Source: a virus
Reading direction: 5' to 3' (one strand)
Virus record (IMG/VR): IMGVR_UViG_3300023096_000002
Location: 6,894-70,893 of that record
Length of the DNA stretch: 64,000 bases
Shown here: piece by piece, positions 50,535 to 60,090 of the stretch
Layout: each line of letters starts with the position of its first letter
How positions within the stretch are numbered: the first letter of the stretch is position 1
Position numbers and translations under genes: made by a program
The notes under the pieces: generated by a model
What the model was told of the DNA's origin: nothing
Database searches by the model: none
What the model saw: only the letters and a program-made list of their open reading frames with translations

Positions 50535-51184
50535 TGAGCCTGATCCCCGGACAAGCCTCAGACGAAGAGCTGTTCGATGGTGCGGGAGCTTCGGCTTCCG
50601 CACCAGTCATCGAGCGGCTGGTCGCCATGTGCAAGGAATGCGCCGAGCTTGAGGAAACTATTGAGAGCCTCAACGAAGCGCTGAAAGCCAATAGCGGCCG
50701 TTATCATCACCTGAAAACCAAGGCGCTCGTTGAGCTCATGGCGGAAGCTCAGGTGCCTGAATTTACCCATCTCGATCCCATGAGCAATCTTCCTGGGGTT
50801 AAGGTCAAGATCGCAGACTTCGTTTCCGGTAGCTTGCCGAAGGAAGAATACGATCGCGAGATTGCCATCCAGAAGCTGGTGGAAGCTGGCGGCGAAAAGC
50901 TGCTCACTGCGACCATCACAATGGACTTCCCCAAGTCTCTCCGCGATAAAGCTCTCGCCCTTTTTGGTGAACTCTTCAAGCAGTGGGACACGGAAGCCGA
51001 CGTCGAATTCAAGGAAGGCGTCCACGCGGCGACCCTCCAGGCGTTCGTCAGGGAAAAGCTCCGCAAGGGTGAAGAAGTTCCCTTCGAGGAGCTCGGCATT
51101 CATGTCGGGAAGGTCGCAAAAATCACACCAATCGGCAAGGATGGCAAGCGCCTGCGCAAGTCAACCTCTGCTACCGAGGAGTAA
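50534..51184 (+). CDS. Conserved phage replication-module protein
   Basis: Coiled coil plus VHAATLQAFVRE motif; coupled to the SSB-like gene. Confidence 0.55.
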   Translation: MSLIPGQASDEELFDGAGASASAPVIERLVAMCKECAELEETIESLNEALKANSGRYHHLKTKALVELMAEAQVPEFTHLDPMSNLPGVKVKIADFVSGSLPKEEYDREIAIQKLVEAGGEKLLTATITMDFPKSLRDKALALFGELFKQWDTEADVEFKEGVHAATLQAFVREKLRKGEEVPFEELGIHVGKVAKITPIGKDGKRLRKSTSATEE

Positions 51185-51189
51185 TCAGC

Positions 51190-51873
51190 TTGGAAGAACG
51201 ACATAAAGAGCTGATGGAACGCCAACGGATTGACCGCTTCCTGCAGAACATGTTCGAAGTGGTCAATCAGTTTGGCAACATCAAGCGGTATAGCCGCGAT
51301 CATTTGATCAAGCCTGAAAACGATCTGGAGCACACCGGCTTCATGGTCATCTGGGCTTTGTTCGTCGGTCGCAAACTGCGCAACGAAGGCATCGGCATTG
51401 ACATGGAAGTGTTGCTCACACGCGCCACGGTCCATGACCTTGAGGAAAGCCTCACTGGTGACATCGCTCGTCCGACAAAGCACGCAAATGCTCGGGTCAG
51501 CGCCGCCTTCAAGGAAGTGGAACTCGCAGCCGTTACGCACTTGGAAAACTTTCTCGGCGTTAACTTCATGTACGACTGGGAGAGTGCCAAAAGCAATGAC
51601 CGAGAAGGCTGGATTATCAAGCTCGGGGACATGGCGGCAGTCGTCTACAAGACCATGATCGAAGTTTCGATGTATGGCAATAAGGGCTTTCTCCGCGTTG
51701 CGGAGGAGGTCAAAGTTGAGCTGCTCAAGTTGACCGGCTTCCTGAAGCAGAACGGCTTCCCGGAACTGCACTGGATACCGGAAGAACTGAGCGAGGTTCT
51801 TCACCGCGTTCACTACGGGGAAATTCAACACGGCGGTTTCTTCCGTGCTTTCGGGGAGCATCGTTATGGTTGA
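51190..51873 (+). CDS. HD-domain 5'-deoxynucleotidase (YfbR-like)
   Basis: IKRY..ENDLEH, VHDLEESLTGDI..PTK and IIKLGD motifs. Confidence 0.85.
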   Translation: MEERHKELMERQRIDRFLQNMFEVVNQFGNIKRYSRDHLIKPENDLEHTGFMVIWALFVGRKLRNEGIGIDMEVLLTRATVHDLEESLTGDIARPTKHANARVSAAFKEVELAAVTHLENFLGVNFMYDWESAKSNDREGWIIKLGDMAAVVYKTMIEVSMYGNKGFLRVAEEVKVELLKLTGFLKQNGFPELHWIPEELSEVLHRVHYGEIQHGGFFRAFGEHRYG

Positions 51874-53014
51874 TATCTTTTGCCACGGCGCGGAGATGCA
51901 TGTCGTCGTCCGTGACCGGCCGCACACGACCAAAATACTGAGAGCTTGGAAGCATTCCAGGCCGAACGATGAGACCAAGTCCATTGAAACCATCGCTGCG
52001 ATTGACGTACCGGTGAACGAAATGGACGACTTCATCCTGGAAATCTATGCGCCCATCATCGTCAGGGAAGTACTTTTTGGGCTCCGTGATCATGTTGCGT
52101 GGGCGCGTACCAGCCGCGTGGATGACCTTACTCAGTGGCCGATTTATCAGCCAAGTCTGTTCGGCTATGAAGCGGACATTCAGCAACTGATGGTCCAGAT
52201 GAAGCGGGATATGGTCGACGGCAATCCGCAGGACGACTTCCGCATGAACCTGCCATTGTGCTACATGACGCACTTCACCATGAAGATTACCCCGCGCACT
52301 CTCCTCAAGGTCATGGGCACACTGACCAAGGAAATTGCGCTGGCACCAGACACTCTCATCCGCAACATGTGGCGCGACTTGAAGAACCTTTTCAAGAGTG
52401 CCATTGCCGGTGGACCTTGGCAGGCTATCGGCGAAGTTGATGGCTTTGGCAGTGTTCCACTGGTGAACCGTGCCGGTATTGATCCAGTAGACCAGCCATC
52501 GGGTTTTCTCATTGGCGGTATGGTTGCAGCGCGGCTTGGGGCCGTACCATTGGCCTTACGCGCGCAACTTGTGCGCCACAGGCCCGTCAGTATACGGGAT
52601 GACTTGGTGCAATACCTGACCGCCAAGGGTATTACCCGATCCATCCGGAATACCCTTAATGTCGAGGTCGCGATGACGCAGGAAATGGCTACCAGCCTTG
52701 TTATCAAGCGCAATTGCTGGATCAGTCAAGATGACCTTTGGGCTCCAGTGCTCAAAGCTCTCAATTCAGCTATCGGCGGCGGGCATAAAGTAGCCGGTCC
52801 GATACTGCCCTGCAACGGCCGGAACGATTGCCCTATTGAACGCGACAACGTGTTGCGCTTTGAAGGCAAAGACCCCGCTCCGCCCTGCCCGATCTGGATG
52901 AAGATGAAGGGTCAACACTACACTTCACCGCAGATTGATCCGGCATATGCCTTCTCCAAGCGACGCCAAAATCCTGGATGGTGGCAAAACCGGATCGTCG
53001 ACAGCGAAGTCTAA
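51866..53014 (+). CDS. Divergent ThyX-like flavoprotein with duplicated domain
   Basis: APIIVREVL..LRDHVAWARTSR and QDDFRMNLP (N-half); VPLALRAQLVRHR and KRNCW..Q (C-half). Confidence 0.7.
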   Translation: MVDIFCHGAEMHVVVRDRPHTTKILRAWKHSRPNDETKSIETIAAIDVPVNEMDDFILEIYAPIIVREVLFGLRDHVAWARTSRVDDLTQWPIYQPSLFGYEADIQQLMVQMKRDMVDGNPQDDFRMNLPLCYMTHFTMKITPRTLLKVMGTLTKEIALAPDTLIRNMWRDLKNLFKSAIAGGPWQAIGEVDGFGSVPLVNRAGIDPVDQPSGFLIGGMVAARLGAVPLALRAQLVRHRPVSIRDDLVQYLTAKGITRSIRNTLNVEVAMTQEMATSLVIKRNCWISQDDLWAPVLKALNSAIGGGHKVAGPILPCNGRNDCPIERDNVLRFEGKDPAPPCPIWMKMKGQHYTSPQIDPAYAFSKRRQNPGWWQNRIVDSEV

Positions 53015-53039
53015 TCCCCTTTTGGTAAGGAACTATCAG

Positions 53040-53564
53040 ATGAGTACTGCTGACTACAAATACGACGTCTATATGGCTGGCCCGTTCTTCACGCCGGAAC
53101 AAAAAGCCACTATGGATCGCCTCAAAGCCATCCTCCTGCAGGAAGAACTACGGGTTTGTGATCCACGGGAACTGAACCCCGTACTTACGGACATGACTGA
53201 TGAGCAACGAAAGGCGTTCAGCAAGAAGGATATCTTCGACGCCAACGTTGTCGGTCTGCTCCGTAGCTGGTGCGTGATCGCCTGCATCGATGACCGGGAC
53301 ACCGGCACGAGCTGGGAGCTTGGATACGCCTACTGCCTCATGACACATCGTGACGGCGGGCGCGGTCCAATCATCACCGTCAGCGCGAACGGCTACGGCT
53401 GCAACGTGATGTTGAGCGAAGCCGCCGACGGACACTTCCCCACCCTTGAAGCTCTCGATCGTCGCATCATCCGTTTGGCGCGGCAGATCAAGGATCAGAC
53501 GGACGGCGGTGTTCTCAAGGACAGCGGCTTCTATGATGGAGCGTTGGCCGATGCAGTCGAGTGA
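53040..53564 (+). CDS. Nucleoside 2-deoxyribosyltransferase / DNPH1-MilB-like nucleotide N-glycosidase
   Basis: VYMAGPFF, DTGTSWELGYA and NVML motifs. Confidence 0.85.
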   Translation: MSTADYKYDVYMAGPFFTPEQKATMDRLKAILLQEELRVCDPRELNPVLTDMTDEQRKAFSKKDIFDANVVGLLRSWCVIACIDDRDTGTSWELGYAYCLMTHRDGGRGPIITVSANGYGCNVMLSEAADGHFPTLEALDRRIIRLARQIKDQTDGGVLKDSGFYDGALADAVE

Positions 53565-53769
53565 AGAATGGAAAGTTATCACCGTAGATAACTTCGCCCG
53601 CGAGAGCCATGCTGACCGTCTAATCTTTCAGAACGTTCATAGCGAGGAGTTTGCTAAGTTCATTGCTGATCAGCTTCAGGCTAAGTTCGGTGGTGAGCAG
53701 GCTTGGGATTTCTACACTCAACGCACGATGAGCGCTCGTCTGTGGCGCGGCATGGAGGACTTGATTTGA
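53551..53769 (+). CDS. Small hypothetical protein
   Basis: KVITVDNFARE; overlaps neighbours. Confidence 0.5.
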   Translation: MQSSEEWKVITVDNFARESHADRLIFQNVHSEEFAKFIADQLQAKFGGEQAWDFYTQRTMSARLWRGMEDLI

Positions 53770-54239
53770 CACACGCCCGCGTCGTAATCCTTCTCGACCT
53801 TGAAGGAACGGTCTGCAACAATGGCCATCGCGTGGAGCTGTATCAGGCTCAGGAGTGGGATGAGTATGCAGCGTTCTGCAAGAATGATATCCCGTACACG
53901 GACGTCATGGACCTGCTGAACAATCTCTGCGAAGATACTGACAATGTTGACGTCATTGTTATCAGCGATCGCAGCGATGAATATCTCATGGCGACCATTG
54001 ATTGGTTTGTCAAGTGGGGCGAGTTCGATGTGAAGAACTTTTACATGCGCTCCCGCTATGACATGCCCAAGACCAAGGAGCCTATCCTCAAGCTGGAACT
54101 ATTTGAGAAAATGAAGGTGGCGGAAGGTTATCCGGCTGGCACCGTCTTCATCGCCCTGGACGACAAGGATGACGTCTGTGAGGCATATCGTAACGCTGGC
54201 ATTTCATGCTGGCAAGTTCGGAATGGAGTAATATCATGA
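53766..54239 (+). CDS. HAD phosphatase (PNKP 3'-phosphatase-like)
   Basis: DLEGT, SDR, YMR, K and DDKDDVC..YR..GI.CWQV motifs; TTG start after GGAGGA. Confidence 0.8.
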   Translation: MTHARVVILLDLEGTVCNNGHRVELYQAQEWDEYAAFCKNDIPYTDVMDLLNNLCEDTDNVDVIVISDRSDEYLMATIDWFVKWGEFDVKNFYMRSRYDMPKTKEPILKLELFEKMKVAEGYPAGTVFIALDDKDDVCEAYRNAGISCWQVRNGVIS

Positions 54240-54955
54240 ATAAGAACGGTCAACAGGTTTGGATCGTTACCGGCTCATCGAGTGGTCTCGGAGCGGCAAT
54301 CTCCGATGTACTGACTAAAGCGTGCGGTTTCCACGTTGAAAAATGGGACCTGGACAACGGCATGGACGTCACCAAAGCGGAAGATGTCTATATGTTCATG
54401 GATGCTTACGTGGAGCACGGCGTCAAGATCGATGGCATTGTGAATTGCGCTGGCATCGCGAAGTTGGCATGGTTCAAGGACATCACTCAGGAAGACTACG
54501 ACGCGGTCTTTGATGTCAATTGCCGGTCTATCTTCAACATGGTTCAATCGGCCATCTTCAACGGAGTGTTCGACTACCGCCCGACGGTCGTCAACGTCAT
54601 CAGTACGGCCAGTCGGTTGCCGATGACAAACAGCTTCACCTATTGCGCGTCCAAGGCGGCGGCGGAAATGATGACCCGCCAGATGGCACGGGAGCTCATC
54701 AAGACCCACGGCATCACCGTTTTTGGTATCGCTCCGAACAAGCTCAAGAAGACCGGCATGACCGATCAAATCGATGAGCGAGTGCAGGAATTGCGCGGCT
54801 GGTCGGCTGAGGAAGCCAAGGGCTATCAGGAAGCGGGCAACGGGAACCTGGAATATACCGACCCGAACTCCGTCGCTGCCGTGCTCGGCTTCATGCTCAG
54901 CAAGCCAGAGTTCCACAAGTTCCAGAACGGCGCTATCATCCCGATGGGCGTCTGA
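54236..54955 (+). CDS. Short-chain dehydrogenase/reductase (SDR)
   Basis: TGSSSGLG, NCAG, catalytic S and YCASK motifs. Confidence 0.92.
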   Translation: MNKNGQQVWIVTGSSSGLGAAISDVLTKACGFHVEKWDLDNGMDVTKAEDVYMFMDAYVEHGVKIDGIVNCAGIAKLAWFKDITQEDYDAVFDVNCRSIFNMVQSAIFNGVFDYRPTVVNVISTASRLPMTNSFTYCASKAAAEMMTRQMARELIKTHGITVFGIAPNKLKKTGMTDQIDERVQELRGWSAEEAKGYQEAGNGNLEYTDPNSVAAVLGFMLSKPEFHKFQNGAIIPMGV

Positions 54956-54984
54956 ACTACACCAAAAGCTGAAAGGGACTACTT

Positions 54985-55485
54985 ATGAAATTGGATCAAT
55001 TGTGCGTGTACTGCGGAACTGAAGATGACGCAGACGACGCAAAGGTCACTCTCGGATTGCAGGATGCGGTCTGGGTTCGTGACGAAGTCCTTGGCTATGT
55101 GTCCGTCAAGGATCGTGCCGGTAACTGGACCACCGGCATCAGCGAAGGTATCCTCCAGTTCAATTATGATACTGGCATGGAATACGAGCTGCTGACCTAC
55201 ACCAGCGGACCTAACTGGCATGACCTGCATAACCTCAATCAGGAACGTGCTCGCGTCGGCCACGTAGGCTATCACCTGGAAGACGGCGAAGAGTTCCCGG
55301 AGCGTTGGCAGGAGCTGATGGTGCAGGAAATGTTCACCAGCCGTCACTCCAATCCGAAGGTGCTGGAAGCCAAGCGCAACTATCACTACCGGATTTACGA
55401 TACGGTCGATACCCTTGGTTACTATTCCAAGGTCATTCGCCGTCTCGGCCCGGACACTTCCTACCCATCGCCACTGAGGGGCTGA
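54985..55485 (+). CDS. VOC/glyoxalase-fold enzyme (epimerase/isomerase-like)
   Basis: LDQL, MEYELL.Y..G and HVGYH beta-alpha-beta-beta-beta pattern. Confidence 0.6.
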   Translation: MKLDQLCVYCGTEDDADDAKVTLGLQDAVWVRDEVLGYVSVKDRAGNWTTGISEGILQFNYDTGMEYELLTYTSGPNWHDLHNLNQERARVGHVGYHLEDGEEFPERWQELMVQEMFTSRHSNPKVLEAKRNYHYRIYDTVDTLGYYSKVIRRLGPDTSYPSPLRG

Positions 55486-55486
55486 C

Positions 55487-55882
55487 ATGACCAGCAAGAT
55501 AAACGAGAAGTTCAAGGAAGTTCCAGGTCCTGGAAACCGTGCAGAAAATGCCGGGGACATCCTGATCAATGGTGGCGTAACGTTCCAGGAGCGTCACAAG
55601 GTTTACGGGAACAACTTCCTCAAGGTCGGCGATATGTGCGTCGCCATGTTCCCGGAAGGCTTGACACTCAAGACCGCTGAAGACTTCATCAGGTTCGAGC
55701 TGTTCATGATGAAGACCGTGAAATTCAGCCGGTATGCGGAAAACTTCAGCAAGGGCGGTCATCAGGACAGCATTCACGATGACATGGTTTACAGCGCCAT
55801 GCTCGAGTTCGTTGATGGCGTTCTCAAGAATGGCATGAGCTATGTCATCACTCCGGTAGCTGATCCTGGAGCCATGAAATAA
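55487..55882 (+). CDS. DUF6378-like all-alpha protein (possible dNTP pyrophosphatase fold)
   Basis: ERHKVYG, M..VK.SR and HQDS..D..VY motifs. Confidence 0.55.
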   Translation: MTSKINEKFKEVPGPGNRAENAGDILINGGVTFQERHKVYGNNFLKVGDMCVAMFPEGLTLKTAEDFIRFELFMMKTVKFSRYAENFSKGGHQDSIHDDMVYSAMLEFVDGVLKNGMSYVITPVADPGAMK

Positions 55883-56421
55883 TGCTCACTCTCATCTATG
55901 ACACGGAAACCACTGACTTGATGAAGAACATGGGAATGCCGATCTCGGCGCAGCCCCATATCATCGAGTATTTTGGCCTGTCGGTTGATGAGAGTAGTGC
56001 AGAGCTGGCTGAGGTGGGAAGCCTCGGCCAGCTGATCAAGCCACCAAAAGCGGTGACTGACTTCACTACCAATCTGACCGGCATCAGCAATCCGATGCTC
56101 TGGGACAAGAAGAACTTTGAGTTCTATGCGCCCATGATCAAGGACCATATCGAAAAGCATGATCGCGTTGTAGCTCACAATGCGGCCTATGATAAAGACA
56201 TTATCAACACTGAGATGACACGTATCGGCATGACGGTCAATTGGCCGGAAGTCATCTGCACCGTTGAAATGACCCTGTGGATTAAGGGCTTCCGCTTGAA
56301 GCTCGGCGGTCTACACATCGAGCTTTTTGGTGAAGACTTTGCCAATAAGCACCGCGCTGAGCCGGACGTCCGCGCTCTATACCGCTGCTATGTGGAACTA
56401 CGCAAGAGGGATTGGATATGA
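55882..56421 (+). CDS. DEDDh 3'-5' exonuclease (DnaQ/epsilon-like)
   Basis: YDTETTD, AHNAAYD and HRAEPD motifs. Confidence 0.9.
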   Translation: MLTLIYDTETTDLMKNMGMPISAQPHIIEYFGLSVDESSAELAEVGSLGQLIKPPKAVTDFTTNLTGISNPMLWDKKNFEFYAPMIKDHIEKHDRVVAHNAAYDKDIINTEMTRIGMTVNWPEVICTVEMTLWIKGFRLKLGGLHIELFGEDFANKHRAEPDVRALYRCYVELRKRDWI

Positions 56422-56777
56422 AGAAGGCAGGCACTCCACTCGCCAAACTCCTTGAAGAGTGCAAAGAAACCTGCCTCAAGGATGACGTGAAACGGTTCTA
56501 TTTCATCATGCCGGTCGGTATGATTTCTGAGCGAATGGATCGTGCCTTCGGTTTCAGCCAGTCCGGTGGCGTCGGTGTGATTTGTGCTCGCGGCTTGCGG
56601 CAGATGACATATGCCAAGCCATTGGACATGTCCATCGTGTTCGTCAATCAAGAAGATGATCCGGCGCAAACCTTTGCCGGTCTAAGGAATATTCGCGTTC
56701 ACATTTTCAATGAGTGCTCCACTACATGCGCTCAGAAATGGGAACTGGCTTATCGGCGCATAGGTGACCTCACATGA
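56418..56777 (+). CDS. Hypothetical protein
   Basis: ATGA-coupled on both sides. Confidence 0.5.
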   Translation: MKKAGTPLAKLLEECKETCLKDDVKRFYFIMPVGMISERMDRAFGFSQSGGVGVICARGLRQMTYAKPLDMSIVFVNQEDDPAQTFAGLRNIRVHIFNECSTTCAQKWELAYRRIGDLT

Positions 56778-57850
56778 AAATTATGACCGGATACAGCTTC
56801 CGCCACTCTAGCGGACATCTCGTAGACGTTATCAAGCGACTGATGGAAGTTAAGTATCCGGTCGCGCCCATCAGTGACTTCTGCAGCACCTTCGGTTATG
56901 TCCGCTGGAAGAAGCTTTGCGACAAGGCCAAACTGCGGCCGATGTACGGAGTAACCATTCCGGTGACTGCGAGCATGGAAGCCAAGAAGCCGGTGACTGC
57001 AGAGTGGACGTTCTTCGCCAAGGACAATCTGATCGGCATGAACAACATCCTGGAAATGGCAACAAATCAGTTCCGCTACACTCCGTTGATCAGCTACAAG
57101 CAAGCCATGGAAGCGCAGGACTGCATCATCATCGCAGGTAGCAACAGCCTGCTCACGGAGTTCGAACCACGTGAAAACATCTTTTGCTCGCTCAATCCGT
57201 CAACTAGCCGGGGCTTCTACATGTCAGCCAAGTCGGCTGGGCATAGGTTCATTGCGGCGTCTGAAAACCGATACACTAATCCGCAGGACCGCGTCCTTTA
57301 CGAAACTATCATGGGGCGCAAGTCGAACACTCAGAGCTATCCGCAATGGATACTCTCCGATGAGGAATGGTTTGAGTCCGTTAAGAAAAGCGGTGCTACG
57401 GAAGAGGCAAGAAATACTGCTCGCGCTGTTTGGAGTGACGTCATCTCCATTTGCACGGCGAAACTGGCGGAGGGTTCGCTACTCTCCCCGGATAAACCAG
57501 AGACGCTCGAACAGATTTGCATCAAGAATGCGCCCCGATTGGGGGTCGACCTTAGCGATCCTATCTACGCAGCGCGGCTGGAGCGTGAAATCGAACTCAT
57601 ATACGAGAAAGAGTTCGAGGACTATTTCTACATCGTGGGCGATATGGTCCGTTATGCTAAATCTCAAATGATGGTCGGCGGCGGACGCGGCAGCTCCTCC
57701 GGAAGCCTCGTCTGCTACTTACTTGAGATCACCACCATCGACCCCATTCCTTACGACTTGCTGTTCGAGCGGTTCATTGACATTAACCGTGGCGGCTTCA
57801 TCTGGAACAAAGACTTTACCATGCTGATGGACAGCATCTGCGAGGAATGA
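56774..57850 (+). CDS. dnaE: DNA polymerase III alpha, N-terminal part (PHP domain to GRGS region)
   Basis: TGYSF, ISD, RLEREI..I....F.DYF and GRGSSSGSLVCYLLEITTIDP..YDLLFERF motifs. Confidence 0.88.
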   Translation: MKIMTGYSFRHSSGHLVDVIKRLMEVKYPVAPISDFCSTFGYVRWKKLCDKAKLRPMYGVTIPVTASMEAKKPVTAEWTFFAKDNLIGMNNILEMATNQFRYTPLISYKQAMEAQDCIIIAGSNSLLTEFEPRENIFCSLNPSTSRGFYMSAKSAGHRFIAASENRYTNPQDRVLYETIMGRKSNTQSYPQWILSDEEWFESVKKSGATEEARNTARAVWSDVISICTAKLAEGSLLSPDKPETLEQICIKNAPRLGVDLSDPIYAARLEREIELIYEKEFEDYFYIVGDMVRYAKSQMMVGGGRGSSSGSLVCYLLEITTIDPIPYDLLFERFIDINRGGFIWNKDFTMLMDSICEE

Positions 57851-60090
57851 ATATGAAGTTTCGCGGCTTTGAGATTACCCCCGAACACATCGCCCTTTTT
57901 GGTGAAAAGGAAATCAGGCGTGAAATCCATGCCATGAAGGCTACGCCGGAGATAGCCCAAAAAGCTGAGTGGATGCTAAAGAATGGCGTCAAGCTGAACA
58001 TTGATACCGGGAGCATCCTGCTCTACATCCTCGGCATTCAGACGGTATTCCCGGCGATCGCCCAGCCTATGGACTACCTCAACGACTTGCCCGACGTCGA
58101 CATTGACTTCAGTGACACCAAGCGCCATATGGTGTTCCAGTACATGGCAGATCAATATGGGAGCGACCGTGTAGCCAAGCTAGGTTCGGTTGCCGTGTAT
58201 AAGCCGCGCAGCGCCATCAAGGAAGCCGCAGGGGCATTGGACATACCGCCATGGAAAACGAGCCCCGTACTGGACAGCTTGATCCAAACCTCATCAGGCG
58301 ATGCGCGTGCTCTTCAAGCCATTGAGGACACCTTCAGCAAGACGGAAGCCGGTAAAAAGCTGATTGCCGAGTATCCTGAGATGGGTATTGCCAAGCGCAT
58401 GGAAGGTCATCCGCGTAACAGTTCGACCCATGCCGCTGGCTTGCTGCTCACCGACCGCCCCATCCGTGAATACGTCGCTACCGACATGCGGACCGGCACG
58501 GTCTACGCCGACAAGAAGGACGCCGAAGTCCTCAACCTGCTCAAGATTGACGCGCTCGGCCTTACTCAGCTCAGCGTGTTCGAGGATACCCTTGAGCTTG
58601 CTGGTAAGTCATTGGACTTCCTCAACACCATTCCGCATGATGATCCGCTGGCGTTCAAGATACTCAACGACAAGAACTTCTCCGGCGTGTTCCAGTTTGA
58701 AGGGAACGCTCTGCAGCGCGTCACCAGTGACATCGTCGTCAAGGATATTAACGACATTTTCACCATCACCGCTCTCGGTCGTCCGGGTCCGCTATCCTCG
58801 GGCTCCGCTGCCATCTGGGTTCGCCGCCATAACGGTGAAGAAAAGGTAGCGTATCCGCATCCTATCTTTGAGGAGTATCTGGAGAGCACTTTGGGGATGG
58901 TCGTGTTCCAGGAACAGATCATGCGCATCGTCCGTGAGCTTGGCGGCTTGAGCTGGAAGGATGTGACCACGCTCCGCAAGGCAATGTCCAAGTCGTTGGG
59001 CCGTGAGTTCTTTGACCAGTTCGGTGACCCATTCAAGAAAGCCATCATCGCAAAGGGCGTTGATCCAAACGTAGCCTTCAAAGTCTGGGATGACCTCTGC
59101 AACTTCGGCGCTTACGGCTTCAACCGCTCGCACTCCGTCGCCTACGGGATCATCAGCTATCAGTGCTGCTATCTCAAGGCTCACTATCCGCTAGAGTTTG
59201 CGGCTGCTACATTGTCGCACAAGAAGGATATCAACGCTCAGCTTATCTCCCTGCGCGAGATGGCGAAGGAGGGTGTTCCTTATGTTGCAGCTCACATCGA
59301 CCACTCCACGGACCGCTGGTATGTGAAGCATATCGACGGCGTCAAGACCCTGATCGGTCCGGTGCAGAACGTCATCGGGATTGGCCCAAAAATGGTTCAG
59401 GAGGTTATCTCCTGCCGCGCTCGTGGAGAGAAACTTCCGGCCCGCGTCGCCAAGCTTTTGGCTGATCCAAAGACCAAGATTGACAGTCTGCAGCCAATTG
59501 AGAACGCCTTCCATCGCGTTATGCCTTATCCGCATGAACGCAACATCATGTCCACGCCGACCAAGGTTAATGACATACAGGTCGACGGAACAGAAGGTCG
59601 TAGCTTTTTGGTGTTTGTCACTCCAATGAAGATCAACCCGAAAGATGAAAACGAAGATATCAACGTCGCCAAGCGCGGCTATGCTTTCAAAGGACCACAC
59701 CTCTCCCTCGGCATGCACATCGCAGATGACAGTGGAAGCATCTATGCCAAGGTCAGTCGTTTTGACTATGATAAGATTGCAAAATCTATTATCGATCGTG
59801 GTCGTCCGGGCAAATCACTTTATGCGATAAAGGGCACTGTCCCTAAAGACTTCCGCATGCTGAGCATCCAAATGGTCCGCTACATTGGCGACATGGATGA
59901 GAAACATCATGCGAAAATGGAGGCAGAACGCTTGGCTTTCGAGGCGGCTTGTGCCAAAGAGGTAGCTGACGCCCTCGCGGCGAAAAATGGGGTAATCAAT
60001 GACGGAACGACCATCGGGGAAGGCGGTACTGGAGGAAGTATCGCGGATAACAGCGCGGATAACAGGCCGAAGCTCAGGACTATTGGTTAA
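57847..60090 (+). CDS. dnaE: DNA polymerase III alpha, catalytic part
   Basis: PDVDIDF, STHAAG, LKIDALGL, GVFQFE, FQEQIM and YGFNRSHSVAY..YLKAHYP motifs. Confidence 0.93.
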   Translation: MNMKFRGFEITPEHIALFGEKEIRREIHAMKATPEIAQKAEWMLKNGVKLNIDTGSILLYILGIQTVFPAIAQPMDYLNDLPDVDIDFSDTKRHMVFQYMADQYGSDRVAKLGSVAVYKPRSAIKEAAGALDIPPWKTSPVLDSLIQTSSGDARALQAIEDTFSKTEAGKKLIAEYPEMGIAKRMEGHPRNSSTHAAGLLLTDRPIREYVATDMRTGTVYADKKDAEVLNLLKIDALGLTQLSVFEDTLELAGKSLDFLNTIPHDDPLAFKILNDKNFSGVFQFEGNALQRVTSDIVVKDINDIFTITALGRPGPLSSGSAAIWVRRHNGEEKVAYPHPIFEEYLESTLGMVVFQEQIMRIVRELGGLSWKDVTTLRKAMSKSLGREFFDQFGDPFKKAIIAKGVDPNVAFKVWDDLCNFGAYGFNRSHSVAYGIISYQCCYLKAHYPLEFAAATLSHKKDINAQLISLREMAKEGVPYVAAHIDHSTDRWYVKHIDGVKTLIGPVQNVIGIGPKMVQEVISCRARGEKLPARVAKLLADPKTKIDSLQPIENAFHRVMPYPHERNIMSTPTKVNDIQVDGTEGRSFLVFVTPMKINPKDENEDINVAKRGYAFKGPHLSLGMHIADDSGSIYAKVSRFDYDKIAKSIIDRGRPGKSLYAIKGTVPKDFRMLSIQMVRYIGDMDEKHHAKMEAERLAFEAACAKEVADALAAKNGVINDGTTIGEGGTGGSIADNSADNRPKLRTIG

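Noticed and set aside
51190-55882. Known Z-genome, 7-deazaguanine or hmdU/hmC pathways
   Set aside because: No PurZ, DpdA/Que/FolE or ThyA-type hydroxymethylase was recognised in the window; such genes could lie outside it.
57791-58080. Intein or group I intron in DnaE
   Set aside because: No C/S...HN intein ends, no homing endonuclease and no intron core that I could recognise; the segment reads as a DnaE-like duplicate.
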